Below, piece after piece: positions 25,601 through 39,500 of a stretch of 64,000 nt of DNA (the stretch's first letter is position 1; every line of letters starts with the position of its first letter). The notes beneath the pieces were generated by a model. The model saw nothing but the letters and a program-made list of their open reading frames with translations, did no database searches and was not told where the DNA came from. Origin of the DNA: Eledone cirrhosa. Taxonomy: Eukaryota. The stretch is from assembly GCA_964016885.1 (NCBI GenBank), contig CAXHJY010001758.1, forward strand, positions 1 through 64,000, in the 5' to 3' direction. Both the position numbers and the translations under genes were made by a program.

Positions 25601-28600
25601 TATCTTGCTGAAATTCACGCCGCACATAGCCAATGAGTGTCTGCACATGTACCAGTAATTACAGATCGATCCGACCACGGGCGGCCGGCCCGCGATTGAA
25701 AAGGTAACTCCGCCGGCAAATCGTCATTTTTGGATTCGTTTTCTTCGAAGCACACCATTCGCCGGCGGACTTTGTTGACGTTTAACACGGTTTGGTTCCA
25801 CAGCCACAACTATTGAATTTACGGAGATATCTTGCTGAAATTCACGCCACACATAGCCAATGAGTGTCTGCACATGTACCAGTAATTACAGATCGATCCG
25901 ACCACGGGCGGCCGGCCCGCGATTTTAAAGGTAACTCCGCCGGCAAATCGTCATTTTTGGATTCGTTTTCTTCGAAACACACCATTCGCCGGCGGACTTT
26001 GTTGACGTTTAACACGGTTTGGTTCCACAGCCACAACTATTGATTTTACGGAGATATCTTGCTGAAATTCACGCCGCACATAGCCAATGAGTGTGTGCAC
26101 ATGTACCAGTAATTACAGATCGATCCGACCACGGGCGGCCGGCCCGCGATTGAAAAGGTAACTCCGCCGGCAAATCGTCATTTTTGGATTCGTTTTCTTC
26201 GAAGCACACCATTCGCCTGCGGACTTTGTTGACGTTTAACACGGTTTGGTTCCACAGCCACAACTATTGATTTTACGGAGATATCTTGCTGAAATTCACG
26301 CCACACATAGCCAATGAGTGTCTGCACATGTACCAGTAATTACAGATCGATCCGACCACGGGCGGCCGGCCCGCGATTTTAAAGGTAACTCCGCCGGCAA
26401 ATCGTCATTTTTGGATTCGTTTTCTTCGAAGCACACCATTCGCCGGCGGACTTTGTTGACGTTTAACACGGTTTGGTTCCACAGCCACAACTATTGATTT
26501 TACGGAGATATCTTGCTGAAATTCACGCCGCACATAGCCAATGAGTGTCTGCACATGTACCAGTAATTACAGATCGATCCGACCACGGGCGGCCGGCCCG
26601 CGATTGAAAAGGTAACTCCGCCGGCAAATCGTCATTTTTGGATTCGTTTTCTTCGAAGCACACCATTCGCCGGCGGACTTTGTTGACGTTTAACACGGTT
26701 TGGTTCCACAGCCACAACTATTGAATTTACGGAGATATCTTGCTGAAATTCACGCCACACATAGCCAATGAGTGTCTGCACATGTACCAGTAATTACAGA
26801 TCGATCCGACCACGGGCGGCCGGCCCGCGATTGAAAAGGTAACTCCGCCGGCAAATCGTCATTTTTGGATTCGTTTTCTTCGAAGCACACCATTCGCCGG
26901 CGGACTTTGTTGACGTTTAACACGGTTTGGTTCCACAGCCACAACTATTGATTTTACGGAGATATCTTGCTGAAATTCACGCCGCACATAGCCAATGAGT
27001 GTCTGCACATGTACCAGTAATTACAGATCGATCCGACCACGGGCGGCCGGCCCGCGATTGAAAAGGTAACTCCGCCGGCAAATCGTCATTTTTGGATTCG
27101 TTTTCTTCGAAGCACACCATTCGCCGGCGGACTTTGTTGACGTTTAACACGGTTTGGTTCCACAGCCACAACTATTGAATTTACGGAGATATCTTGCTGA
27201 AATTCACGCCACACATAGCCAATGAGTGTCTGCACATGTACCAGTAATTACAGATCGATCCGACCACGGGCGGCCGGCCCGCGATTGAAAAGGTAACTCC
27301 GCCGGCAAATCGTCATTTTTGGATTCGTTTTCTTCGAAGCACACCATTCGCCGGCGGACTTTGTTGACGTTTAACACGGTTTGGTTCCACAGCCACAACT
27401 ATTGATGTTACGGAGATATCTTGCTGGAATTCACGCCGCACATAGCCAATGAGTGTCTGCACATGTACCAGTAATTACAGATCGATCCGACCACGGGCGG
27501 CCGGCCCGCGATTTTAAAGGTAACTCCGCCGGCAAATCGTCATTTTTGGATTCGTTTTCTTCGAAGCACACCATTCGCCGGCGGACTTTGTTGACGTTTA
27601 ACACGGTTTGGTTCCACAGCCACAACTATTGATTTTACGGAGATATCTTGCTGAGATTCACGCCGCACATAGCCAATGAGTGTCTGCACATGTACCAGTA
27701 ATTACAGATCGATCCGACCACGGGCGGCCGGCCCGCGATTGAAAAGGTAACTCCGCCGGCAAATCGTCATTTTTGGATTCGTTTTCTTCGAAGCACACCA
27801 TTCGCCGGCGGACTTTGTTGACGTTTAACACGGTTTGGTTCCACAGCCACAACTATTGAATTTACGGAGATATCTTGCTGAAATTCACGCCACACATAGC
27901 CAATGAGTGTCTGCACATGTACCAGTAATTACAGATCGATCCGACCACGGGCGGCCGGCCCGCGATTTTAAAGGTAACTCCGCCGGCAAATCGTCATTTT
28001 TGGATTCGTTTTCTTCGAAACACACCATTCGCCGGCGGACTTTGTTGACGTTTAACACGGTTTGGTTCCACAGCCACAACTATTGATTTTACGGAGATAT
28101 CTTGCTGAAATTCACGCCGCACATAGCCAATGAGTGTGTGCACATGTACCAGTAATTACAGATCGATCCGACCACGGGCGGCCGGCCCGCGATTGAAAAG
28201 GTAACTCCGCCGGCAAATCGTCATTTTTGGATTCGTTTTCTTCGAAGCACACCATTCGCCTGCGGACTTTGTTGACGTTTAACACGGTTTGGTTCCACAG
28301 CCACAACTATTGATTTTACGGAGATATCTTGCTGAAATTCACGCCACACATAGCCAATGAGTGTCTGCACATGTACCAGTAATTACAGATCGATCCGACC
28401 ACGGGCGGCCGGCCCGCGATTTTAAAGGTAACTCCGCCGGCAAATCGTCATTTTTGGATTCGTTTTCTTCGAAGCACACCATTCGCCGGCGGACTTTGTT
28501 GACGTTTAACACGGTTTGGTTCCACAGCCACAACTATTGATTTTACGGAGATATCTTGCTGAAATTCACGCCGCACATAGCCAATGAGTGTCTGCACATG

Positions 28601-31600
28601 TACCAGTAATTACAGATCGATCCGACCACGGGCGGCCGGCCCGCGATTGAAAAGGTAACTCCGCCGGCAAATCGTCATTTTTGGATTCGTTTTCTTCGAA
28701 GCACACCATTCGCCGGCGGACTTTGTTGACGTTTAACACGGTTTGGTTCCACAGCCACAACTATTGAATTTACGGAGATATCTTGCTGAAATTCACGCCA
28801 CACATAGCCAATGAGTGTCTGCACATGTACCAGTAATTACAGATCGATCCGACCACGGGCGGCCGGCCCGCGATTGAAAAGGTAACTCCGCCGGCAAATC
28901 GTCATTTTTGGATTCGTTTTCTTCGAAGCACACCATTCGCCGGCGGACTTTGTTGACGTTTAACACGGTTTGGTTCCACAGCCACAACTATTGATTTTAC
29001 GGAGATATCTTGCTGGAATTCACGCCGCACATAGCCAATGAGTGTCTGCACATGTACCAGTAATTACAGATCGATCCGACCACGGGCGGCCGGCCCGCGA
29101 TTTTAAAGGTAACTCCGCCGGCAAATCGTCATTTTTGGATTCGTTTTCTTCGAAGCACACCATTCGCCGGCGGACTTTGTTGACGTTTAACACGGTTTGG
29201 TTCCACAGCCACAACTATTGATTTTACGGAGATATCTTGCTGAAATTCACGCCGCACATAGCCAATGAGTGTCTGCACATGTACCAGTAATTACAGATCG
29301 ATCCGACCACGGGCGGCCGGCCCGCGATTGAAAAGGTAACTCCGCCGGCAAATCGTCATTTTTGGATTCGTTTTCTTCGAAGCACACCATTCGCCGGCGG
29401 ACTTTGTTGACGTTTAACACGGTTTGGTTCCACAGCCACAACTATTGAATTTACGGAGATATCTTGCTGAAATTCACGCCACACATAGCCAATGAGTGTC
29501 TGCACATGTACCAGTAATTACAGATCGATCCGACCACGGGCGGCCGACCCGCGATTGAAAAGGTAACTCCGCCGGCAAATCGTCATTTTTGGATTCGTTT
29601 TCTTCGAAGCACACCATTCGCCGGCGGACTTTGTTGACGTTTAACACGGTTTGGTTCCACAGCCACAACTATTGATTTTACGGAGATATCTTGCTGAAAT
29701 TCACGCCGCACATAGCCAATGAGTGTCTGCACATGTACCAGTAATTACAGATCGATCCGACCACGGGCGGCCGGCCCGCGATTGAAAAGGTAACTCCGCC
29801 GGCAAATCGTCATTTTTGGATTCGTTTTCTTCGAAGCACACCATTCGCCGGCGGACTTTGTTGACGTTTAACACGGTTTGGTTCCACAGCCACAACTATT
29901 GAATTTACGGAGATATCTTGCTGAAATTCACGCCACACATAGCCAATGAGTGTCTGCACATGTACCAGTAATTACAGATCGATCCGACCACGGGCGGCCG
30001 GCCCGCGATTGAAAAGGTAACTCCGCCGGCAAATCGTCATTTTTGGATTCGTTTTCTTCGAAGCACACCATTCGCCGGCGGACTTTGTTGACGTTTAACA
30101 CGGTTTGGTTCCACAGCCACAACTATTGATGTTACGGAGATATCTTGCTGGAATTCACGCCGCACATAGCCAATGAGTGTCTGCACATGTACCAGTAATT
30201 ACAGATCGATCCGACCACGGGCGGCCGGCCCGCGATTTTAAAGGTAACTCCGCCGGCAAATCGTCATTTTTGGATTCGTTTTCTTCGAAGCACACCATTC
30301 GCCGGCGGACTTTGTTGACGTTTAACACGGTTTGGTTCCACAGCCACAACTATTGATTTTACGGAGATATCTTGCTGAAATTCACGCCGCACATAGCCAA
30401 TGAGTGTCTGCACATGTACCAGTAATTACAGATCGATCCGACCACGGGCGGCCGGCCCGCGATTGAAAAGGTAACTCCGCCGGCAAATCGTCATTTTTGG
30501 ATTCGTTTTCTTCGAAGCACACCATTCGCCGGCGGACTTTGTTGACGTTTAACACGGTTTGGTTCCACAGCCACAACTATTGAATTTACGGAGATATCTT
30601 GCTGAAATTCACGCCACACATAGCCAATGAGTGTCTGCACATGTACCAGTAATTACAGATCGATCCGACCACGGGCGGCCGGCCCGCGATTGAAAAGGTA
30701 ACTCCGCCGGCAAATCGTCATTTTTGGATTCGTTTTCTTCGAAGCACACCATTCGCCGGCGGACTTTGTTGACGTTTAACACGGTTTGGTTCCACAGCCA
30801 CAACTATTGATGTTACGGAGATATCTTGCTGGAATTCACGCCGCACATAGCCAATGAGTGTCTGCACATGTACCAGTAATTACAGATCGATCCGACCACG
30901 GGCGGCCGGCCCGCGATTTTAAAGGTAACTCCGCCGGCAAATCGTCATTTTTGGATTCGTTTTCTTCGAAGCACACCATTCGCCGGCGGACTTTGTTGAC
31001 GTTTAACACGGTTTGGTTCCACAGCCACAACTATTGATTTTACGGAGATATCTTGCTGAAATTCACGCCGCACATAGCCAATGAGTGTCTGCACATGTAC
31101 CAGTAATTACAGATCGATCCGACCACGGGCGGCCGGCCCGCGATTGAAAAGGTAACTCCGCCGGCAAATCGTCATTTTTGGATTCGTTTTCTTCGAAGCA
31201 CACCATTCGCCGGCGGACTTTGTTGACGTTTAACACGGTTTGGTTCCACAGCCACAACTATTGAATTTACGGAGATATCTTGCTGAAATTCACGCCACAC
31301 ATAGCCAATGAGTGTCTGCACATGTACCAGTAATTACAGATCGATCCGACCACGGGCGGCCGGCCCGCGATTTTAAAGGTAACTCCGCCGGCAAATCGTC
31401 ATTTTTGGATTCGTTTTCTTCGAAACACACCATTCGCCGGCGGACTTTGTTGACGTTTAACACGGTTTGGTTCCACAGCCACAACTATTGATTTTACGGA
31501 GATATCTTGCTGAAATTCACGCCGCACATAGCCAATGAGTGTGTGCACATGTACCAGTAATTACAGATCGATCCGACCACGGGCGGCCGGCCCGCGATTG

Positions 31601-33559
31601 AAAAGGTAACTCCGCCGGCAAATCGTCATTTTTGGATTCGTTTTCTTCGAAGCACACCATTCGCCTGCGGACTTTGTTGACGTTTAACACGGTTTGGTTC
31701 CACAGCCACAACTATTGATTTTACGGAGATATCTTGCTGAAATTCACGCCACACATAGCCAATGAGTGTCTGCACATGTACCAGTAATTACAGATCGATC
31801 CGACCACGGGCGGCCGGCCCGCGATTTTAAAGGTAACTCCGCCGGCAAATCGTCATTTTTGGATTCGTTTTCTTCGAAGCACACCATTCGCCGGCGGACT
31901 TTGTTGACGTTTAACACGGTTTGGTTCCACAGCCACAACTATTGATTTTACGGAGATATCTTGCTGAAATTCACGCCGCACATAGCCAATGAGTGTCTGC
32001 ACATGTACCAGTAATTACAGATCGATCCGACCACGGGCGGCCGGCCCGCGATTGAAAAGGTAACTCCGCCGGCAAATCGTCATTTTTGGATTCGTTTTCT
32101 TCGAAGCACACCATTCGCCGGCGGACTTTGTTGACGTTTAACACGGTTTGGTTCCACAGCCACAACTATTGATTTTACGGAGATATCTTGCTGGAATTCA
32201 CGCCGCACATAGCCAATGAGTGTCTGCACATGTACCAGTAATTACAGATCGATCCGACCACGGGCGGCCGGCCCGCGATTGAAAAGGTAACTCCGCCGGC
32301 AAATCGTCATTTTTGGATTCGTTTTCTTCGAAGCACACCATTCGCCGGCGGACTTTGTTGACGTTTAACACGGTTTGGTTCCACAGCCACAACTATTGAA
32401 TTTACGGAGATATCTTGCTGAAATTCACGCCACACATAGCCAATGAGTGTCTGCACATGTACCAGTAATTACAGATCGATCCGACCACGGGCGGCCGACC
32501 CGCGATTGAAAAGGTAACTCCGCCGGCAAATCGTCATTTTTGGATTCGTTTTCTTCGAAGCACACCATTCGCCGGCGGACTTTGTTGACGTTTAACACGG
32601 TTTGGTTCCACAGCCACAACTATTGATTTTACGGAGATATCTTGCTGAAATTCACGCCGCACATAGCCAATGAGTGTCTGCACATGTACCAGTAATTACA
32701 GATCGATCCGACCACGGGCGGCCGGCCCGCGATTGAAAAGGTAACTCCGCCGGCAAATCGTCATTTTTGGATTCGTTTTCTTCGAAGCACACCATTCGCC
32801 GGCGGACTTTGTTGACGTTTAACACGGTTTGGTTCCACAGCCACAACTATTGAATTTACGGAGATATCTTGCTGAAATTCACGCCACACATAGCCAATGA
32901 GTGTCTGCACATGTACCAGTAATTACAGATCGATCCGACCACGGGCGGCCGGCCCGCGATTGAAAAGGTAACTCCGCCGGCAAATCGTCATTTTTGGATT
33001 CGTTTTCTTCGAAGCACACCATTCGCCGGCGGACTTTGTTGACGTTTAACACGGTTTGGTTCCACAGCCACAACTATTGATGTTACGGAGATATCTTGCT
33101 GGAATTCACGCCGCACATAGCCAATGAGTGTCTGCACATGTACCAGTAATTACAGATCGATCCGACCACGGGCGGCCGGCCCGCGATTTTAAAGGTAACT
33201 CCGCCGGCAAATCGTCATTTTTGGATTCGTTTTCTTCGAAGCACACCATTCGCCGGCGGACTTTGTTGACGTTTAACACGGTTTGGTTCCACAGCCACAA
33301 CTATTGATTTTACGGAGATATCTTGCTGAAATTCACGCCGCACATAGCCAATGAGTGTCTGCACATGTACCAGTAATTACAGATCGATCCGACCACGGGC
33401 GGCCGGCCCGCGATTGAAAAGGTAACTCCGCCGGCAAATCGTCATTTTTGGATTCGTTTTCTTCGAAGCACACCATTCGCCGGCGGACTTTGTTGACGTT
33501 TAACACGGTTTGGTTCCACAGCCACAACTATTGAATTTACGGAGATATCTTGCTGAAAT
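22664..33559. repeat. HOR layer B: about 13-mer (2951 bp) with 9- and 15-mer variants
   Basis: The gtgtgtgcac + cgcctgcgg monomer occurs at 23118, 26069, 28112 and 31517. The ggccgaccc monomer occurs at 24026, 29474 and 32425. The tctacac marker is absent from this zone. Confidence 0.8.
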
Positions 33560-36500
33560 TCACGCCACACATAGCCAATGAGTGTCTGCACATGTACCAG
33601 TAATTACAGATCGATCCGACCACGGGCGGCCGGCCCGCGATTGAAAAGGTAACTCCGCCGGCAAATCGTCATTTTTGGATTCGTTTTCTTCGAAGCACAC
33701 CATTCGCCGGCGGACTTTGTTGACGTTTAACACGGTTTGGTTCCACAGCCACAACTATTGAATTTACGGAGATATCTTGCTGAAATTCACGCCACACATA
33801 GCCAATGAGTGTCTGCACATGTACCAGTAATTACAGATCGATCCGACCACGGGCGGCCGGCCCGCGATTGAAAAGGTAACTCCGCCGGCAAATCGTCATT
33901 TTTGGATTCGTTTTCTTCGAAGCACACCATTCGCCGGCGGACTTTGTTGACGTTTAACACGGTTTGGTTCCACAGCCACAACTATTGATGTTACGGAGAT
34001 ATCTTGCTGGAATTCACGCCGCACATAGCCAATGAGTGTCTGCACATGTACCAGTAATTACAGATCGATCCGACCACGGGCGGCCGGCCCGCGATTTTAA
34101 AGGTAACTCCGCCGGCAAATCGTCATTTTTGGATTCGTTTTCTTCGAAGCACACCATTCGCCGGCGGACTTTGTTGACGTTTAACACGGTTTGGTTCCAC
34201 AGCCACAACTATTGAATTTACGGAGATATCTTGCTGAAATTCACGCCACACATAGCCAATGAGTGTCTGCACATGTACCAGTAATTACAGATCGATCCGA
34301 CCACGGGCGGCCGGCCCGCGATTGAAAAGGTAACTCCGCCGGCAAATCGTCATTTTTGGATTCGTTTTCTTCGAAACACACCATTCGCCGGCGGACTTTG
34401 TTGACGTTTAACACGGTTTGGTTCCACAGCCACAACTATTGATGTTACGGAGATATCTTGCTGGAATTCACGCCGCAAATAGCCAATGAGTGTCTACACA
34501 TGTACCAGTAATTACAGATCGATCCGACCACGGGCGGCCGGCCCGCGATTTTAAAGGTAACTCCGCCGGCAAATCGTCATTTTTGGATTCGTTTTCTTCG
34601 AAGCACACCATTCGCCGGCGGACTTTGTTGACGTTTAACACGGTTTGGTTCCACAGCCACAACTATTGATTTTACGGAGATATCTTGCTGAAATTCACGC
34701 CGCACATAGCCAATGAGTGTCTGCACATGTACCAGTAATTACAGATCGATCCGACCACGGGCGGCCGGCCCGCGATTGAAAAGGTAACTCCGCCGGCAAA
34801 TCGTCATTTTTGGATTCGTTTTCTTCGAAGCACACCATTCGCCGGCGGACTTTGTTGACGTTTAACACGGTTTGGTTCCACAGCCACAACTATTGAATTT
34901 ACGGAGATATCTTGCTGAAATTCACGCCACACATAGCCAATGAGTGTCTGCACATGTACCAGTAATTACAGATCGATCCGACCACGGGCGGCCGGCCCGC
35001 GATTGAAAAGGTAACTCCGCCGGCAAATCGTCATTTTTGGATTCGTTTTCTTCGAAGCACACCATTCGCCGGCGGACTTTGTTGACGTTTAACACGGTTT
35101 GGTTCCACAGCCACAACTATTGATGTTACGGAGATATCTTGCTGGAATTCACGCCGCACATAGCCAATGAGTGTCTGCACATGTACCAGTAATTACAGAT
35201 CGATCCGACCACGGGCGGCCGGCCCGCGATTTTAAAGGTAACTCCGCCGGCAAATCGTCATTTTTGGATTCGTTTTCTTCGAAGCACACCATTCGCCGGC
35301 GGACTTTGTTGACGTTTAACACGGTTTGGTTCCACAGCCACAACTATTGATTTTACGGAGATATCTTGCTGAAATTCACGCCGCACATAGCCAATGAGTG
35401 TCTGCACATGTACCAGTAATTACAGATCGATCCGACCACGGGCGGCCGGCCCGCGATTGAAAAGGTAACTCCGCCGGCAAATCGTCATTTTTGGATTCGT
35501 TTTCTTCGAAGCACACCATTCGCCGGCGGACTTTGTTGACGTTTAACACGGTTTGGTTCCACAGCCACAACTATTGAATTTACGGAGATATCTTGCTGAA
35601 ATTCACGCCACACATAGCCAATGAGTGTCTGCACATGTACCAGTAATTACAGATCGATCCGACCACGGGCGGCCGGCCCGCGATTGAAAAGGTAACTCCG
35701 CCGGCAAATCGTCATTTTTGGATTCGTTTTCTTCGAAGCACACCATTCGCCGGCGGACTTTGTTGACGTTTAACACGGTTTGGTTCCACAGCCACAACTA
35801 TTGATGTTACGGAGATATCTTGCTGGAATTCACGCCGCACATAGCCAATGAGTGTCTGCACATGTACCAGTAATTACAGATCGATCCGACCACGGGCGGC
35901 CGGCCCGCGATTTTAAAGGTAACTCCGCCGGCAAATCGTCATTTTTGGATTCGTTTTCTTCGAAGCACACCATTCGCCGGCGGACTTTGTTGACGTTTAA
36001 CACGGTTTGGTTCCACAGCCACAACTATTGAATTTACGGAGATATCTTGCTGAAATTCACGCCACACATAGCCAATGAGTGTCTGCACATGTACCAGTAA
36101 TTACAGATCGATCCGACCACGGGCGGCCGGCCCGCGATTGAAAAGGTAACTCCGCCGGCAAATCGTCATTTTTGGATTCGTTTTCTTCGAAACACACCAT
36201 TCGCCGGCGGACTTTGTTGACGTTTAACACGGTTTGGTTCCACAGCCACAACTATTGATGTTACGGAGATATCTTGCTGGAATTCACGCCGCACATAGCC
36301 AATGAGTGTCTACACATGTACCAGTAATTACAGATCGATCCGACCACGGGCGGCCGGCCCGCGATTTTAAAGGTAACTCCGCCGGCAAATCGTCATTTTT
36401 GGATTCGTTTTCTTCGAAGCACACCATTCGCCGGCGGACTTTGTTGACGTTTAACACGGTTTGGTTCCACAGCCACAACTATTGATTTTACGGAGATATC

Positions 36501-39500
36501 TTGCTGAAATTCACGCCGCACATAGCCAATGAGTGTCTGCACATGTACCAGTAATTACAGATCGATCCGACCACGGGCGGCCGGCCCGCGATTGAAAAGG
36601 TAACTCCGCCGGCAAATCGTCATTTTTGGATTCGTTTTCTTCGAAGCACACCATTCGCCGGCGGACTTTGTTGACGTTTAACACGGTTTGGTTCCACAGC
36701 CACAACTATTGAATTTACGGAGATATCTTGCTGAAATTCACGCCACACATAGCCAATGAGTGTCTGCACATGTACCAGTAATTACAGATCGATCCGACCA
36801 CGGGCGGCCGGCCCGCGATTGAAAAGGTAACTCCGCCGGCAAATCGTCATTTTTGGATTCGTTTTCTTCGAAGCACACCATTCGCCGGCGGACTTTGTTG
36901 ACGTTTAACACGGTTTGGTTCCACAGCCACAACTATTGATTTTACGGAGATATCTTGCTGAAATTCACGCCACACATAGCCAATGAGTGTCTGCACATGT
37001 ACCAGTAATTACAGATCGATCCGACCACGGGCGGCCGGCCCGCGATTGAAAAGGTAACTCCGCCGGCAAATCGTCATTTTTGGATTCGTTTTCTTCGAAG
37101 CACACCATTCGCCGGCGGACTTTGTTGACGTTTAACACGGTTTGGTTCCACAGCCACAACTATTGAATTTACGGAGATATCTTGCTGAAATTCACGCCAC
37201 ACATAGCCAATGAGTGTCTGCACATGTACCAGTAATTACAGATCGATCCGACCACGGGCGGCCGGCCCGCGATTGAAAAGGTAACTCCGCCGGCAAATCG
37301 TCATTTTTGGATTCGTTTTCTTCGAAGCACACCATTCGCCGGCGGACTTTGTTGACGTTTAACACGGTTTGGTTCCACAGCCACAACTATTGATGTTACG
37401 GAGATATCTTGCTGGAATTCACGCCGCACATAGCCAATGAGTGTCTGCACATGTACCAGTAATTACAGATCGATCCGACCACGGGCGGCCGGCCCGCGAT
37501 TTTAAAGGTAACTCCGCCGGCAAATCGTCATTTTTGGATTCGTTTTCTTCGAAGCACACCATTCGCCGGCGGACTTTGTTGACGTTTAACACGGTTTGGT
37601 TCCACAGCCACAACTATTGATTTTACGGAGATATCTTGCTGAAATTCACGCCGCACATAGCCAATGAGTGTCTGCACATGTACCAGTAATTACAGATCGA
37701 TCCGACCACGGGCGGCCGGCCCGCGATTGAAAAGGTAACTCCGCCGGCAAATCGTCATTTTTGGATTCGTTTTCTTCGAAGCACACCATTCGCCGGCGGA
37801 CTTTGTTGACGTTTAACACGGTTTGGTTCCACAGCCACAACTATTGAATTTACGGAGATATCTTGCTGAAATTCACGCCACACATAGCCAATGAGTGTCT
37901 GCACATGTACCAGTAATTACAGATCGATCCGACCACGGGCGGCCGGCCCGCGATTGAAAAGGTAACTCCGCCGGCAAATCGTCATTTTTGGATTCGTTTT
38001 CTTCGAAGCACACCATTCGCCGGCGGACTTTGTTGACGTTTAACACGGTTTGGTTCCACAGCCACAACTATTGATGTTACGGAGATATCTTGCTGGAATT
38101 CACGCCGCACATAGCCAATGAGTGTCTGCACATGTACCAGTAATTACAGATCGATCCGACCACGGGCGGCCGGCCCGCGATTTTAAAGGTAACTCCGCCG
38201 GCAAATCGTCATTTTTGGATTCGTTTTCTTCGAAGCACACCATTCGCCGGCGGACTTTGTTGACGTTTAACACGGTTTGGTTCCACAGCCACAACTATTG
38301 AATTTACGGAGATATCTTGCTGAAATTCACGCCACACATAGCCAATGAGTGTCTGCACATGTACCAGTAATTACAGATCGATCCGACCACGGGCGGCCGG
38401 CCCGCGATTGAAAAGGTAACTCCGCCGGCAAATCGTCATTTTTGGATTCGTTTTCTTCGAAACACACCATTCGCCGGCGGACTTTGTTGACGTTTAACAC
38501 GGTTTGGTTCCACAGCCACAACTATTGATGTTACGGAGATATCTTGCTGGAATTCACGCCGCACATAGCCAATGAGTGTCTACACATGTACCAGTAATTA
38601 CAGATCGATCCGACCACGGGCGGCCGGCCCGCGATTTTAAAGGTAACTCCGCCGGCAAATCGTCATTTTTGGATTCGTTTTCTTCGAAGCACACCATTCG
38701 CCGGCGGACTTTGTTGACGTTTAACACGGTTTGGTTCCACAGCCACAACTATTGATTTTACGGAGATATCTTGCTGAAATTCACGCCGCACATAGCCAAT
38801 GAGTGTCTGCACATGTACCAGTAATTACAGATCGATCCGACCACGGGCGGCCGGCCCGCGATTGAAAAGGTAACTCCGCCGGCAAATCGTCATTTTTGGA
38901 TTCGTTTTCTTCGAAGCACACCATTCGCCGGCGGACTTTGTTGACGTTTAACACGGTTTGGTTCCACAGCCACAACTATTGAATTTACGGAGATATCTTG
39001 CTGAAATTCACGCCACACATAGCCAATGAGTGTCTGCACATGTACCAGTAATTACAGATCGATCCGACCACGGGCGGCCGGCCCGCGATTGAAAAGGTAA
39101 CTCCGCCGGCAAATCGTCATTTTTGGATTCGTTTTCTTCGAAGCACACCATTCGCCGGCGGACTTTGTTGACGTTTAACACGGTTTGGTTCCACAGCCAC
39201 AACTATTGATTTTACGGAGATATCTTGCTGAAATTCACGCCACACATAGCCAATGAGTGTCTGCACATGTACCAGTAATTACAGATCGATCCGACCACGG
39301 GCGGCCGGCCCGCGATTGAAAAGGTAACTCCGCCGGCAAATCGTCATTTTTGGATTCGTTTTCTTCGAAGCACACCATTCGCCGGCGGACTTTGTTGACG
39401 TTTAACACGGTTTGGTTCCACAGCCACAACTATTGATTTTACGGAGATATCTTGCTGAAATTCACGCCGCACATAGCCAATGAGTGTCTGCACATGTACC

